A model generated the notes under the pieces. It did no database searches. It saw only the letters and a list, made by a program, of their open reading frames with translations, and had not been told where the DNA came from. The position numbers and the translations under genes were made by a program. A DNA stretch of 63,663 bases, the filler included, from Reclinomonas americana ATCC 50394 (lineage: Eukaryota), in assembly GCA_048213135.1 (NCBI GenBank). It is 6 parts of 5 records of this genome, joined end to end, with 100 filler letters (N's around TTAATTAATTAA, not from the genome) between each part and the next. Parts side by side here need not be neighbours in the genome. Positions count along the whole stretch, not along the records: positions 1 to 25,566 come from PS015518.1; 5 more parts are not named here. One strand, given 5' to 3'. Positions within the stretch are counted from its first letter, which is position 1, and the number at the start of each line of letters is the position of its first letter. Positions 12,981-24,631 of the stretch are shown piece by piece.

Positions 12981-13871
12981 TCACAATCGCAGAAGCGGAT
13001 CAGTGGAGCAACGATGCATCACCACTTCCGCCTCCTCGACAATGAAACATCGCAACACGATCTCGGGTAGGCAGCGCGGATCTTCTTCCTCCTCATGCTG
13101 CAACTCTTCCTGCACTGCATGCGCAGCCAAGCGCGCGCAGTCCAGCTCCAACCAAGCGAGACCGCACGGCGTGCTCCACACGCGCACTGTGTTATCCCGA
13201 TGGCCACTGACAATGTGCTGGCCATTGGGAGAGACGGCGACAGAGTTTGCTTTTCTCAGGTGCTCCAGGTCTCTCAACCGGTGCACCTCCTCCCCGCTTG
13301 CCAGCGACCACACGCGCACCGTTCTATCATCGCCCCCGCTGACAATGTACTGACCGTCGGCGGTGACGACAACGGCGAATACCATATCCGTGTGCCCCTC
13401 CAGCCGTCGAACCTGCTCTCCACTCGCCAGCGACCACACGCGGACAGCCCTATCATCGCCTCCACTGACAACGTACTGGCAATCGGGAGTGATGGCGACT
13501 GAGCACACGAATCCAACGTGTCCCTTCATCCGACGCACTTCCTCTCCACTCGCCAGCGACCACACTCGTATCACGCAGTCCCAGTGTCCGCTGACCACGT
13601 GCACGCCATCCGCGGTGACAGCGACTGACGATGGGAGGTGATTGTATCCCCCCAACCACCGCACCTCTTCTCCACCTGCCAGCGACCACACTCGCAATGT
13701 ATTGTCGTAACTGCCGCTGACAATGTGCTGCGAGTCGGGAGTGACCGCAACGCACAGCACCGCGTCCGTGTGTCCCTCCAGCCGACGCATCTCCGCACCA
13801 CTCGCCAGTGACCACACTCGCAGTGTGTTGTCCCGACTGCCACTCACTATGTGCTGCCCGTCGGGAGTGAT
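12981..13871 (-). CDS. WD40-repeat protein, paralog 3 (5' part in N gap)
   Basis: Six visible repeats plus the same tail. Confidence 0.88.
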   Translation of the reverse strand: MTPDGQHIVSGSRDNTLRVWSLASGAEMRRLEGHTDAVLCVAVTPDSQHIVSGSYDNTLRVWSLAGGEEVRWLGGYNHLPSSVAVTADGVHVVSGHWDCVIRVWSLASGEEVRRMKGHVGFVCSVAITPDCQYVVSGGDDRAVRVWSLASGEQVRRLEGHTDMVFAVVVTADGQYIVSGGDDRTVRVWSLASGEEVHRLRDLEHLRKANSVAVSPNGQHIVSGHRDNTVRVWSTPCGLAWLELDCARLAAHAVQEELQHEEEEDPRCLPEIVLRCFIVEEAEVVMHRCSTDPLLRL

Positions 13872-14226
13872 NNNNNNNNNNNNNNNNNNNNNNNNNNNNN
13901 NNNNNNNNNNNNNNNNNNNNNNNNNNNNNNNNNNNNNNNNNNNNNNNNNNNNNNNNNNNNNNNNNNNNNNNNNNNNNNNNNNNNNNNNNNNNNNNNNNNN
14001 NNNNNNNNNNNNNNNNNNNNNNNNNNNNNNNNNNNNNNNNNNNNNNNAAGGTGGTGTTGTCCTTCTTGAAACGGGACATGCATGCGAAGTTTGTGGTGCT
14101 GCACTCTTGAATGCTCATAAGGAAACGGGGAACCTTGCGTTGTCTGTTGGTCTGTGGCAATCAAAAAGTCGATTCACTCGCTACATGCACTGCGAAAAAC
14201 AACGACAAACAAACACTTCCTCATGA

Positions 14227-15279
14227 TCACAAATACATCTCGGGATCAGTGGAGCAACGATACACCACCACCTCCGCCTCCTCGACCATGAAACACCGCA
14301 GAACCATCTCGGGCAGGCAGCGCGGATCCTCCTCTCGCTGCATCTCCTGCACTGCACGCGCAGCCAAGCGCGCGCTGTCCAGCTCCTGCCGAGCGAGACC
14401 GCACGGCGTGCTCCACACGCGCACTGTGTTATCCCGATGGCCACTGACAATGTGCTGGCCATCGGGAGTGACGGTGACCGCGTCTGCTCTCCGCAGTTGA
14501 TCAAGGCCTCTCAACCGGTGCACCTCCTCCCCGCTCGCCAGCGACCAGACGCGCACCGTTCTATCATCGGCCCCACTGACAACATGCCGACCGTCGGCAG
14601 TGACGGCAACTCCGAACAGCATGCCCGTGTGCCCCTCCAGCCATCGAACCTGCTCTCCATACGCCAGCGACCACCCTCGGATCGTTGAGTCGTCGCTGCC
14701 GCTGATGATGTAATGGGGAGTGACGGCAATACACGACACCGGTCTGGTGTGCCCCTCGAATCGCCGCACCTCCTCCCCGCTCGCCAGCGACCACACGCGC
14801 ACCATGTTGTCCCAGTGACCGCTGACAACGTGGACGCCGTCGGCAGTGACAGCGACTGATTTGGGTGGGTGATTGTGCCCGAGGAAATGCTGCACCACCT
14901 CGCCACTTGCCAGCGACCACATCCACAGTGTATTGTCGTAACTCCCGCTGACAATGAGCTGCGAGTCGGGAGTGACGGCAACACACATGGATGCATCGCG
15001 TTCCTCATGTCGCAGCACCTCCGCACCGTTTGCCAGTGACCACACTCTCACCGTGTTGTCCATGCTGCCGCTGACAATGTGTTGCGAGTCGGGAGTGACG
15101 ACGACAGCCTGCACGGAGTCGGCGTGCCCTTCCAACCGTCGCACTTCTTCGCCACTGGCCAGTGACCACACGCGCAATGTTCGGTCACAGGCGCCACTCA
15201 CAATGTGCAGGCCATCGGGGGTGACAGCGACACACCACACCTTGTCAGTGTGTCCAAGCAGGCACTTGCTGGCGAGCAT
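14227..15279 (-). CDS. Intronless WD40-repeat protein (7 repeats), paralog 4
   Basis: MLASKCLLGH start, same repeat consensus and tail. Confidence 0.9.
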   Translation of the reverse strand: MLASKCLLGHTDKVWCVAVTPDGLHIVSGACDRTLRVWSLASGEEVRRLEGHADSVQAVVVTPDSQHIVSGSMDNTVRVWSLANGAEVLRHEERDASMCVAVTPDSQLIVSGSYDNTLWMWSLASGEVVQHFLGHNHPPKSVAVTADGVHVVSGHWDNMVRVWSLASGEEVRRFEGHTRPVSCIAVTPHYIISGSDDSTIRGWSLAYGEQVRWLEGHTGMLFGVAVTADGRHVVSGADDRTVRVWSLASGEEVHRLRGLDQLRRADAVTVTPDGQHIVSGHRDNTVRVWSTPCGLARQELDSARLAARAVQEMQREEDPRCLPEMVLRCFMVEEAEVVVYRCSTDPEMYL

Positions 15280-15849
15280 GGCGTGACTGGGAGGAGGGAC
15301 CGAAACGATAATGGATGTGACGTCAGATGTCCGCGACGAAAAATAAGATAATATAAATATATTCCGAGAACCACATTTGGTCTGGCGATACGAAAGACGG
15401 ACCGCATTCGAATGCTGGAAGCTTACACTGCATAGGGAAGCTTGAGTTCGGAAAAGGGTGAAGAGAGGAGGCGAGGGGAGGAGAGCGAAGTGACACCGAA
15501 TATCATGTACAATGTACACAGACAAACACGTACGAGATGACGAAGAGAAGACTGGTATCTGTGTTGATGTTTTGGATACGGTTGAACTTGGTCATCAAGA
15601 CGGCTGTTGCTTGCTTGTTGGTGAATGAATTTGTTGTTTTTTACACTCCAAGAAGGAAGAGTGCTGGTGAGCGCACGCTGACACAATCGTCAGGTCGATT
15701 CACTTGTTTTCACAACGATCGCTATTCTTCTCCGGGTGCATTCCACCACCCGAGAATCCCGCGTCACATTCGACCAGCACAGTCCAACAGCCAGTCGCTG
15801 CCGCGCCAGCACTTGCTCACACGCACAAGCCTGTTTTCTGCTTTTCGCA

Positions 15850-17259
15850 TCACGGCTGCTCTCCCTCTGGCGACTGTGGAGTGACGGCCAGCAGCTCGAC
15901 CTCCTCTGGTGACCTGCTCGGCAGCTTCGCTTGCTCACTCCACTTGGTGCAGAAGACCAGGATGAAGACGACGTTGGCCACGAGGAGAACGCCAAAGGCG
16001 CCGACCCTGGGAGTGTGCAGTGAGTGGGGCCGACGAGAGATGCGACGGCACGTGCGTGCGTACCACCACAAGTAGTAGCACCAGCCCCACGCAATGACCG
16101 GTGCGTCGAGGCATGCCGACTGTCGATTGAGCTGGCCAGATGTGTAGATGCCAGTGGCCATGGTCAGCACTGTGTTTTTTCAGTGTAAGGGAAGGTACGG
16201 GTGATTGAGCAGACAAAAGGCGGACGCAACGCGTGATGCCCCAGCTTGTTACCTGGCGCAAAGATGGAGTGCGGTCAGCGACACGGGACGGAAAGAGAAA
16301 GAGAGAGAGACGAGAAGGACACGCAACAAACACAATCCACTGGATGTGGTGGCGCATTTTCACCAGCATGACAATGATCATGATTTGCAGGGCGAAGAGG
16401 AGCACCACGCAGGCGATGCCGAGGATGAGGATCTGCGTGAAGGGGAAGGGTGATGGGCAAACAGGGGAAAGGGGAAGGCAAAGGGGGAAGGGAACAGGGA
16501 AGGGAAATGGGACGCAGAAGGAGCGAAGTGACACATGAGGAGCAAGCGACACAGGAGGAGCAAGCAGCAGGAGGAGCAAGCGACACAGGAGCAAGCAAGC
16601 GACATAGGAGCAAGCAAGCGACATAGGAGCAAGCAAGCGACATAGGAGCAAGCAANNNNNNNNNNNNNNNNNNNNNNNNNNNNNNNNNNNNNNNNNNNNN
16701 NNNNNNNNNNNNNNNNNGCGACACGGGAGGAGCAGGCAAGCGACACGGGAGGAGCAGGCAAGCGACACGGGAGGAGCAGGCAAGCGACACAGGGGGAGCA
16801 AGCAAGCGACGCAGGAGGAGCAAGAGACGCAAGAGGAGCAAGAGACGCAAGAGGAGCAAGAGACGCAAGAGGAGCAAGCGACACAGGAGGAGCAAGCAAG
16901 CGACACAGGAGGAGCAAGCAAGCGACGTACGAGAAGGTGGAACAGCGAGTCAGGTGGAGCAACTGACACAGGAGAAGAAGAAGCAGGAGAAGGAGTACAA
17001 GAAAGCAAGCGAAGGCGGCAAAACAACTCAACCATCGACGACACTTTGTCGCTCACAACAAACGCCGTGCAGGTGGGCGTCTTCTTTGCGCGCGCCACAC
17101 AGTACGATCTGCAAATCAAAAAAACGATCACAAACTGATCAATGCACACACACTCTCACACACAAAAACACGCACCCTGCAGTGAGACCCGCAGTGTATG
17201 TGATCTTCACATTCCGCTGAATGCCATCGTCAGTCGCCACAACGCCACATGATTGAGTT
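15850..17259 (-). CDS. Multi-pass membrane protein of unknown family (5' partial, about 6 exons)
   Basis: In-frame GT-AG joins give ILILGIACVVLLFALQIMIIVML, WIVF|VTSWGIT|LLTMATG, CLDAP, WGWCYYLWW|VGAFGVLLVANVVFILVF; stop at 15850. Confidence 0.55.
16538..16927. repeat. Intronic minisatellite, about 17-22 nt unit (ggagcaagcaagcgacac...)
   Basis: Directly visible tandem copies either side of a small N gap. Confidence 0.85.
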
Positions 17260-17295
17260 CTGAGAGAGAGAGAGAGAAGAGAGAGTGCTTTGTGT

Positions 17296-17328
<33 letters not shown>

Positions 17329-17880
17329 NNNNNNNNNNNNNNNNNNNNNNNNNNNNNNNNNNNNNNNNNNNNNNNNNNNNNNNNNNNNNNNNNNNNNNNN
17401 NNNNNNNNNNNNNNNNNNNNNNNNNNNNNNNNNNNNNNNNNNNNNNNNNNNNNNNNNNNNNNNNNNNNNNNNNNNNNNNNNNNNNNNNNNNNNNNNNNNN
17501 NNNNNNNNNNNNNNNNNNNNNNNNNNNNNNNNNNNNNNNNNNNNNNNNNNNNNNNNNNNNNNNNNNNNNNNNNNNNNNNNNNNNNNNNNNNNNNNNNNNN
17601 NNNNNNNNNNNNNNNNNNNNNNNNNNNNNNNNNNNNNNNNNNNNNNNNNNNNNNNNNNNNNNNNNNNNNNNNNNNNNNNNNNNNNNNNNNNNNNNNNNNN
17701 NNNNNNNNNNNNNNNNNNNNNNNNNNNNNNNNNNNNNNNNNNNNNNNNNNNNNNNNNNNNNNNNNNNNNNNNNNNNNNNNNNNNNNNNNNNNNNNNNNNN
17801 NNNNNNNNNNNNNNNNNNNNNNNNNNNNNNNNNNNNNNNNNNNNNNNNNNNNNNNNNNNNNNNNNNNNNNNNNNNNNNNN

Positions 17881-20404
17881 ACGGAAATCCGACGAAGACG
17901 ACAACAGCGCGTCGATGTCGACCAGCGACCAGGTGATGCGAATGGGCATGCGCTCGGTGTTGCTGGAGTGTGCGGTGACGCGGCCGCAGAATACGTACGG
18001 CTGCATGGTGGAGGGCGAGTTGGGGACGGGTTGGCGGACGCAGAGGAGGATGGGGTCGGTGGCGTGGAGGAGACGGTGGGCGAGGGCGCTGTCGCTGGTG
18101 AGACGGGAGCCGCCGAACCAGGTCAGTTGGTGGCCGTTGTGGAGGAAGGTGTTGTCGTAGTCGCGGCCGCCGATGTTGACCCACAGGACCACCGCTACAA
18201 GGGGGAAGGGAGGATTAAGGAAAGGGCGAAGAAAGGGGCGAGGAGAAGGCAAGGAAGGAAAGCAAGGAAGAGGTGAGTGGAAGGCAAGGAAGGAGCGCGG
18301 GGAAGGCAAGGAAGGGGTGGGCGAGGAAAGCGAATGCAACGCAGCGACGAGCGAGGAAGGCGAATGTAACGCAGCGGCAAGCAATGAAGCGAATGCAACG
18401 TAGCGACGAGCGAGGAAAGCGAATGCAACGTAGCGACGAGCGAGGAAGGCGAATGCAACGCAGCGGCAAGCGAGGAAAGCGAAAATGCAACGCAGCGACG
18501 AGCGAGGAAGCGAATGCAACGCAGCGACGAGCGAGGAAGCGAATGCAACGCAGCGACGAGCGAGGAAGCGAATGCAACGCAGCGACGAGCGAGGAAGCGA
18601 ATGCAACGCAGCGACGAGCGAGGAAGCGAATGCAACGCAGCGGCAAGCGAGGAAGCGAAAGCAACGCAGCTACGACCAAGGAAGAGGAAAGCAACGAAGC
18701 GGCAAGAATGAAATCCGATTTGCCCTTTCCCCTGTCTTCCCCCCTGTCCCCTTTCTTCCCTTCCCCTTCTCCCCACCACTCACCATTCTTCCACTCCACC
18801 ACCCCACTGTACTTGCTGAAGCGCGGCACCGAGTTGTCACTCGACATGGCCAGCATCGCCGCCGCCTTGCCCGACTCCGCAAACGGCTTGCCGAGCTGCT
18901 CACGCAGCAGTCGATCGACATCGCACAGCTTGGCGCGACTGCTGTCGGGCGACAGAACCGCCACTTGTACGGCGGAAGGTCTCTTGCGCGGAGGTGCGAG
19001 AGCATCGTCGTCTGCGTCGTCGTCGTCGTCGTGGCCGTTGTCCTCTACGATGCGAACGCGTTTTCCTCGTCTTGTGCGTGAACTGCAAAGGGAAAGGAAA
19101 ACAAAGGAGGGGGGAGAGAGAGTAAGAAAGATGCGAAAGAGAGAGAGAGAGAGAAGGAAGACGGGGAGCGGTGACTGAGAGAGAAGACAGGAACAGAGAA
19201 GAGACGGGGGAAGGGAGTGAGAGAGAGAGAGGCGGAAGAAGGGGAGCGGTGATTGCAGAGAGAAGAGACGGTAATGCGGAACGTGAAGTGTTGACCGAGT
19301 GAGTTTCGGAGAATGGGGAAAGAACGCACAAAACCATAAAGGCCCGCTGATCACGAGTTGTCTTAGGGACAGAGAGTGAGTAAGAAAGATGCGCACAAAA
19401 CGCCAAGCGATCACGAGTTGTCAAGAGAGGGAGGGAAGAGAGAGACATGGAGTGAAGGTAAGGCAGAGAGCGAGGGGAACAACGAAGGGAGAGAAGGGAT
19501 CATGAAGTAGGTGCTCTCTCTTTCTCTGCTACTGCTGTAGATCTCAAGCACGTCAGCGTGTAGGAAAGCTGTTTATCTTCAGAGAGAGAGAGAGTGAGTG
19601 AGAGAGAAGTGATCAGAGTGACTGCGTGAAATGACGAAGAGACTAGGAGAGAGAGACAGTGATGGAACACGAGCGAAGAATGCATAAAGACCATGCTCTG
19701 CTCGTAACTCTGTGCTCCGCGCTATCGGTCTCCAGCTCAATCGTGCGCATGCATCGCTGTGTATCGCGTCAAAGAAGGAGTGAAACGACGAAGAGACTGG
19801 GAGAGCGACAGTGATGGAGCAAGACGCGAAGAGAATGCCTGAAGAAGATGCTCTCCGCGCTCCTCTCCGTGCTGTCTATCTGAAACTCATCAGTGTACAT
19901 GTAAAACTGTCTATCGCATCAAAGAGAGAGAAAGAGAGTGAAACGACGAAGAGACTCGGAGACTGTGACGGAGCAAGACGCGAAGAACATGCTCTCTCTC
20001 TCTCTCCAAATCATCAATGCGCACAAAGACATGCATCTCAATCAATCACTCCCTTCCCTCTCTGCCTCTTCCCTCCCTTCTCCTCTCCCACCCTCACCTC
20101 GCCACCTCCTCCTCCGGCTCCTTGCCCGCATTCCGCAAACTCCGACGCACCGGCACCACCGCCTTGGCCTTTTTCACTCTCCGCACCATTGCCGGCGACG
20201 AAGGCACACGTGTCACACCTGTCGTATTCTTCTTCTTCTGTGCACTCCCCGGCAACAGCGCAGCCACTGCTGCAGTGGTCGAAGAAGACTCCTCATTTGC
20301 TGCAGGAGTTGTGGTGACGAGACCGAGTTGCGCAAGAATCGCGCGGTTGCGCTCAATGTTGCGTGCGCGATATGCCTCGTAAATGGCGCCGTTGATTGCC
20401 GGTG
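17881..20404 (-). CDS. Hypothetical protein: N-terminal YE..R..NI.RN...L..LGL motif and C-terminal DUF3427/SRA-like (PUA-fold) domain; both ends partial
   Basis: Exons at about 20106-20404, 18784-19082, 17881-18194. Motifs YEAYRARNIERNRAILAQLGL, RRSLRN, FSKYSGVVEWKN|AVVLWVN, YDNTF, LTWFGG, ILLCVR, PYVFCGR, PIRITWSL. The join of the first two exons is not resolved in phase. Confidence 0.6.
18320..18670. repeat. 29-30 nt tandem minisatellite (gcgaatgcaacgcagcgacgagcgaggaa), about 11 copies, intronic
   Basis: Head-to-tail copies with no spacers. Confidence 0.92.
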
Positions 20405-21220
20405 CTATGATCAAAAGAAATGAGAGCAGGGCACATAAGAGTGTGTGTGCTGGCGCAAACCTTGCATGGCGGGAAGAGTGGACAGATTTAGTGACGTCAC
20501 TTTGAAGTCGATGCTGCTGTGAACAGCGCAGCAGAACGGGAATGGTCAGCGCATGTGCACCATTGGCAGTGAGCAATGCACGCGCAAAAGTGTGCAGAGA
20601 CAAGTGAGTGGACAGTTGTGGACAATGACAACAGCGACACACGCAGTCGCATGCTTCTGGCGCTGGAATGACAGTGAGAAACACTGGAACTCCTGCTTCA
20701 CATTCCTTTGCATCGCGCATTGCACCAGCGTTCCCCAGCGTGATGGACAGTCGCGGACAATGACGTCACTTTCACGACTGCAGCGCAAGCAGCCGCACGA
20801 TTCTGACGCTGGAAAGACTATGAGAAACAGTGAACTCCCCCTTCACACTCTCTGCATTGCACACTGCCCCCCTCCCTTTCCATTAGGAGAAGTGGACAGT
20901 CGCGGACAATGACGTCACTTTGATGGCACACTTTTCCACTTTCTTTGTGTGAGAGAGCGCGCACATGGGCAACCACACGTCGCAGTCTTCCAATCCTGCG
21001 CCTTCGCAGCAGCAGCAGTCGTCAACTTCGTCGCTGCCATCGTGTCCATCGATGAATGACTTGAATTCTGAGTCGTCGCAGAATGGCATTCAGGTGTGTT
21101 GAGAGGTGGAATGTGGAAAGTGGGTGTGGAGAGGGGGAGAGTGTGTGAGAGAGAGAGAAGGTGACTGGGAAGTGGGATTGAAAGATTCAGACAAAGCAGG
21201 TCGTGAGAGTGTTCTCGTGC

Positions 21221-21262
<42 letters not shown>

Positions 21263-21758
21263 AAGAGAGAGAGAGAGATGAGAGTGCGTGTGTAGAAGAG
21301 AAGAAGAGAGATAGNNNNNNNNNNNNNNNNNNNNNNNNNNNNNNNNNNNNNNNNNNNNNNNNNNNNNNNNNNNNNNNNNNNNNNNNNNNNNNNNNNNNNN
21401 NNNNNNNNNNNNNNNNNNNNNNNNNNNNNNNNNNNNNNNNNNNNNNNNNNNNNNNNNNNNNNNNNNNNNNNNNNNNNNNNNNNNNNNNNNNNNNNNNNNN
21501 NNNNNNNNNNNNNNNNNNNNNNNNNNNNNNNNNNNNNNNNNNNNNNNNNNNNNNNNNNNNNNNNNNNNNNNNNNNNNNNNNNNNNNNNNNNNNNNNNNNN
21601 NNNNNNNNNNNNNNNNNNNNNNNNNNNNNNNNNNNNNNNNNNNNNNNNNNNNNNNNNNNNNNNNNNNNNNNNNNNNNNNNNNNNNNNNNNNNNNNNNNNN
21701 NNNNNNNNNNNNNNNNNNNNNNNNNNNNNNNNNNNNNNNNNNNNNNNNNNNNNNNNNN

Positions 21759-21802
<44 letters not shown>

Positions 21803-23299
21803 AAAGAGAGAGAGGAAGATGAGAGTGCGTGTGTGAAAGAGAGAAAGAGAGATGAATGCATTGAGCGCGAGAAGTTTGCCGTGTTAACGAAATGACATTG
21901 TTCGTTCCCTTCTTTCTCTCTGTTCCTTTGTTGCTGTCGCTCTGCGCAGTTTGAGCAGGCTCCATGTAGAGGATTGCTTGCAGTCGACTGAAGAGAGCGA
22001 GTGAGAGAGAGAGGGAGCAGCGTCCAAAACAGTGTTGTGTGTCCGCTTAGAGTTCATGCTCTCTCTTGTGTCTTCGTCCCTTGTGCGTTGCGTGTTCTCC
22101 ACCCTCACTTTTGCGTTGCCACGTTCTCGTTCTGTCCCTTCGTCGTCTCGCCCCCTCCATCCTTCGTCTATCTCTCCACAATCTCTTCTCTGCTCTTCTC
22201 ATCATCGACGTGTTCCCTCCCTATTCTTGCCGCCTCCACGCTTCTTCTCTTCTGCGAGAGATTCTACATGCACGGAGTACGAGAAAATCGCCGTGTCCTG
22301 CTGGCCGTGAAGATCTTGTTCATAGTGTTTTATTTCTCCATTCTCAACGCCTGCTGTCTCCATTCTCTCTCTCTCTCTCTCTCTCTCTCNNNNNNNNNNN
22401 NNNNNNNNNNNNNNNNNNNNNNNNNNNNNNNNNNNNNNNNNNNNNNNNNNNNNNNNNNNNNNNNNNNNNNNNNNNNNNNNNNNNNNNNNNNNNNNNNNNN
22501 NNNNNNNNNNNNNNNNNNNNNNNNNNNNNNNNNNNNNNNNNNNNNNNNNNNNNNNNNNNNNNNNNNNNNNNNNNNNNNNNNNNNNNNNNNNNNNNNNNNN
22601 NNNNNNNNNNNNNNNNNNNNNNNNNNNNNNNNNNNNNNNNNNNNNNNNNNNNNNNNNNNNNNNNNNNNNNNNNNNNNNNNNNNNNNNNNNNNNNNNNNNN
22701 NNNNNNNNNNNNNNNNNNNNNNNNNNNNNNNNNNNNNNNNNNNNNNNNNNNNNNNNNNNNNNNNNNNNNNNNNNNNNNNNNNNNNNNNNNNNNNNNNNNN
22801 NNNNNNNNNNNNNNNNNNNNNNNNNNNNNNNNNNNNNNNNNNNNNNNNNNNNNNNNNNNNNNNNNNNNNNNNNNNNNNNNNNNNNNNNNNNNNNNNNNNN
22901 NNNNNNNNNNNNNNNNNNNNNNNNNNNNNNNNNNNNNNNNNNNNNNNNNNNNNNNNNNNNNNNNNNNNNNNNNNNNNNNNNNNNNNNNNNNNNNNNNNNN
23001 NNNNNNNNNNNNNNNNNNNNNNNNNNNNNNNNNNNNNNNNNNNNNNNNNNNNNNNNNNNNNNNNNNNNNNNNNNNNNNNNNNNNNNNNNNNNNNNNNNNN
23101 NNNNNNNNNNNNNNNNNNNNNNNNNNNNNNNNNNNNNNNNNNNNNNNNNNNNNNNNNNNNNNNNNNNNNNNNNNNNNNNNNNNNNNNNNNNNNNNNNNNN
23201 NNNNNNNNNNNNNNNNNNNNNNNNNNNNNNNNNNNNNNNNNNNNNNNNNNNNNNNNNNNNNNNNNNNNNNNNNNNNNNNNNNNNNNNNNNNNNNNNNNN

Positions 23300-23405
<106 letters not shown>

Positions 23406-23654
23406 GCACTCCGTCTCTCGCTTTGTTACTGCCCTTAAAACTCTCTGTTACTCACCCTTCCCTCTCTCCCTCTCTGTATCCCTTCCCCTCCCCTTTCCCT
23501 TTCCCTCCCCTCCCTTCCCCTTCCCTTCGCCCTCCCCTTCCCCTTCCCCCCCCCCCCTCCCCTTTCCCCCCCTGCCCCCTTCCCTCTCTCTTTTCCAATG
23601 TTTTTCCGATCAAATACATTTCCTTTTTTTTTCCTTTCTACAACCCCCTTTTCC

Positions 23655-24631
23655 TTAGAAAGCCCCCGCCCCCGGCGCAAGCACCTCCTTCAGTGACTTG
23701 GCCTTGCGCCCGGTGATGAACTCCACATCGTTGCTCGGTGCGGGCGCGTGACCCGTCGCAAACGTGTGCAGCAACTCGAAAATGCCCACCGCCTGCCAGT
23801 CGGGCACGCCCATTGACTTGAAGGCGCCGACCACGGCGCCCTGATCGGCCACATTGACGTACTCGTAGGGCTCGGCGCTGCCGGTGATCTCGGTGATGAT
23901 GCGCGCAATGTCGCGGCCGCTCGTCAGGTGATCGGTCGACAAGTGGAAGGTCTTGTTGGCGAAGCGCGAGCGGTCGGCGGCCGTGGCAATGGCCACCACC
24001 GACGCACCAATGTCCTGCACGGAGATGCCGTTCAGGGCGCCGGTGCCCTCCTCGCCCAGGTACATGTACACCTTCTTGGAGGCCTTGATGCCGGCGGCCA
24101 TGCCGTACAGGTTCTCGAGGAAGAAGTCCAGGCGCAGAATGGCGTACGGAATGCCTGAGGCCTTGACGGCGTCCTCCACTGGTCCGAGCTGGCGGCGGAA
24201 CAGGATGCTGTCGTCCTCGGTGGAAAACGGAACCGACAGGAGGATGAGGAACTTGACGTGGCCGGCGCGCTTCGCCCCCTCAATGTAATTGATCGACACT
24301 TCGGTGCGGTTCTCGGCACCGGGCGGCGTGACCACCACAACCTCGGCGTCGCCAATGGCCGCCGTCACCGCCGCCAGATCCGAGTCGTCGGCCACCTGCA
24401 CCACGTGGGCGCCCGGCAGACCGGCCTTGATCTTGTCGGCGTTCTTGGCCGCATCACGAGTCGCCACCGTCACATCAGCCTGCGCGCCGGCCGCGGCAAA
24501 TGTGGCCAGGGTCGCGGAGCCCGTGTAGCCAGTAGCGCCGTTGATGAAAACTGCAGTGTCGAAGCAGTCCAGTGAGTGAGTGGTGCAGCAGCAACGAGGC
24601 ACTGAGTTGTACAAACGCAACTCTTAGTCAT
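23655..24631 (-). CDS. NmrA-like / atypical SDR NAD(P)-binding protein; exons 24622-24631 and 23655-24550
   Basis: MTK|IFINGATGYTG Rossmann motif; SGIPYAILRLDFFLEN; ISVQDIG; VEFITGRKAKSL. Confidence 0.88.

Noticed and set aside
18320..18670. 29-nt repeats resembling a CRISPR array
   Set aside because: No unique spacers, intronic, eukaryotic context, no cas genes.
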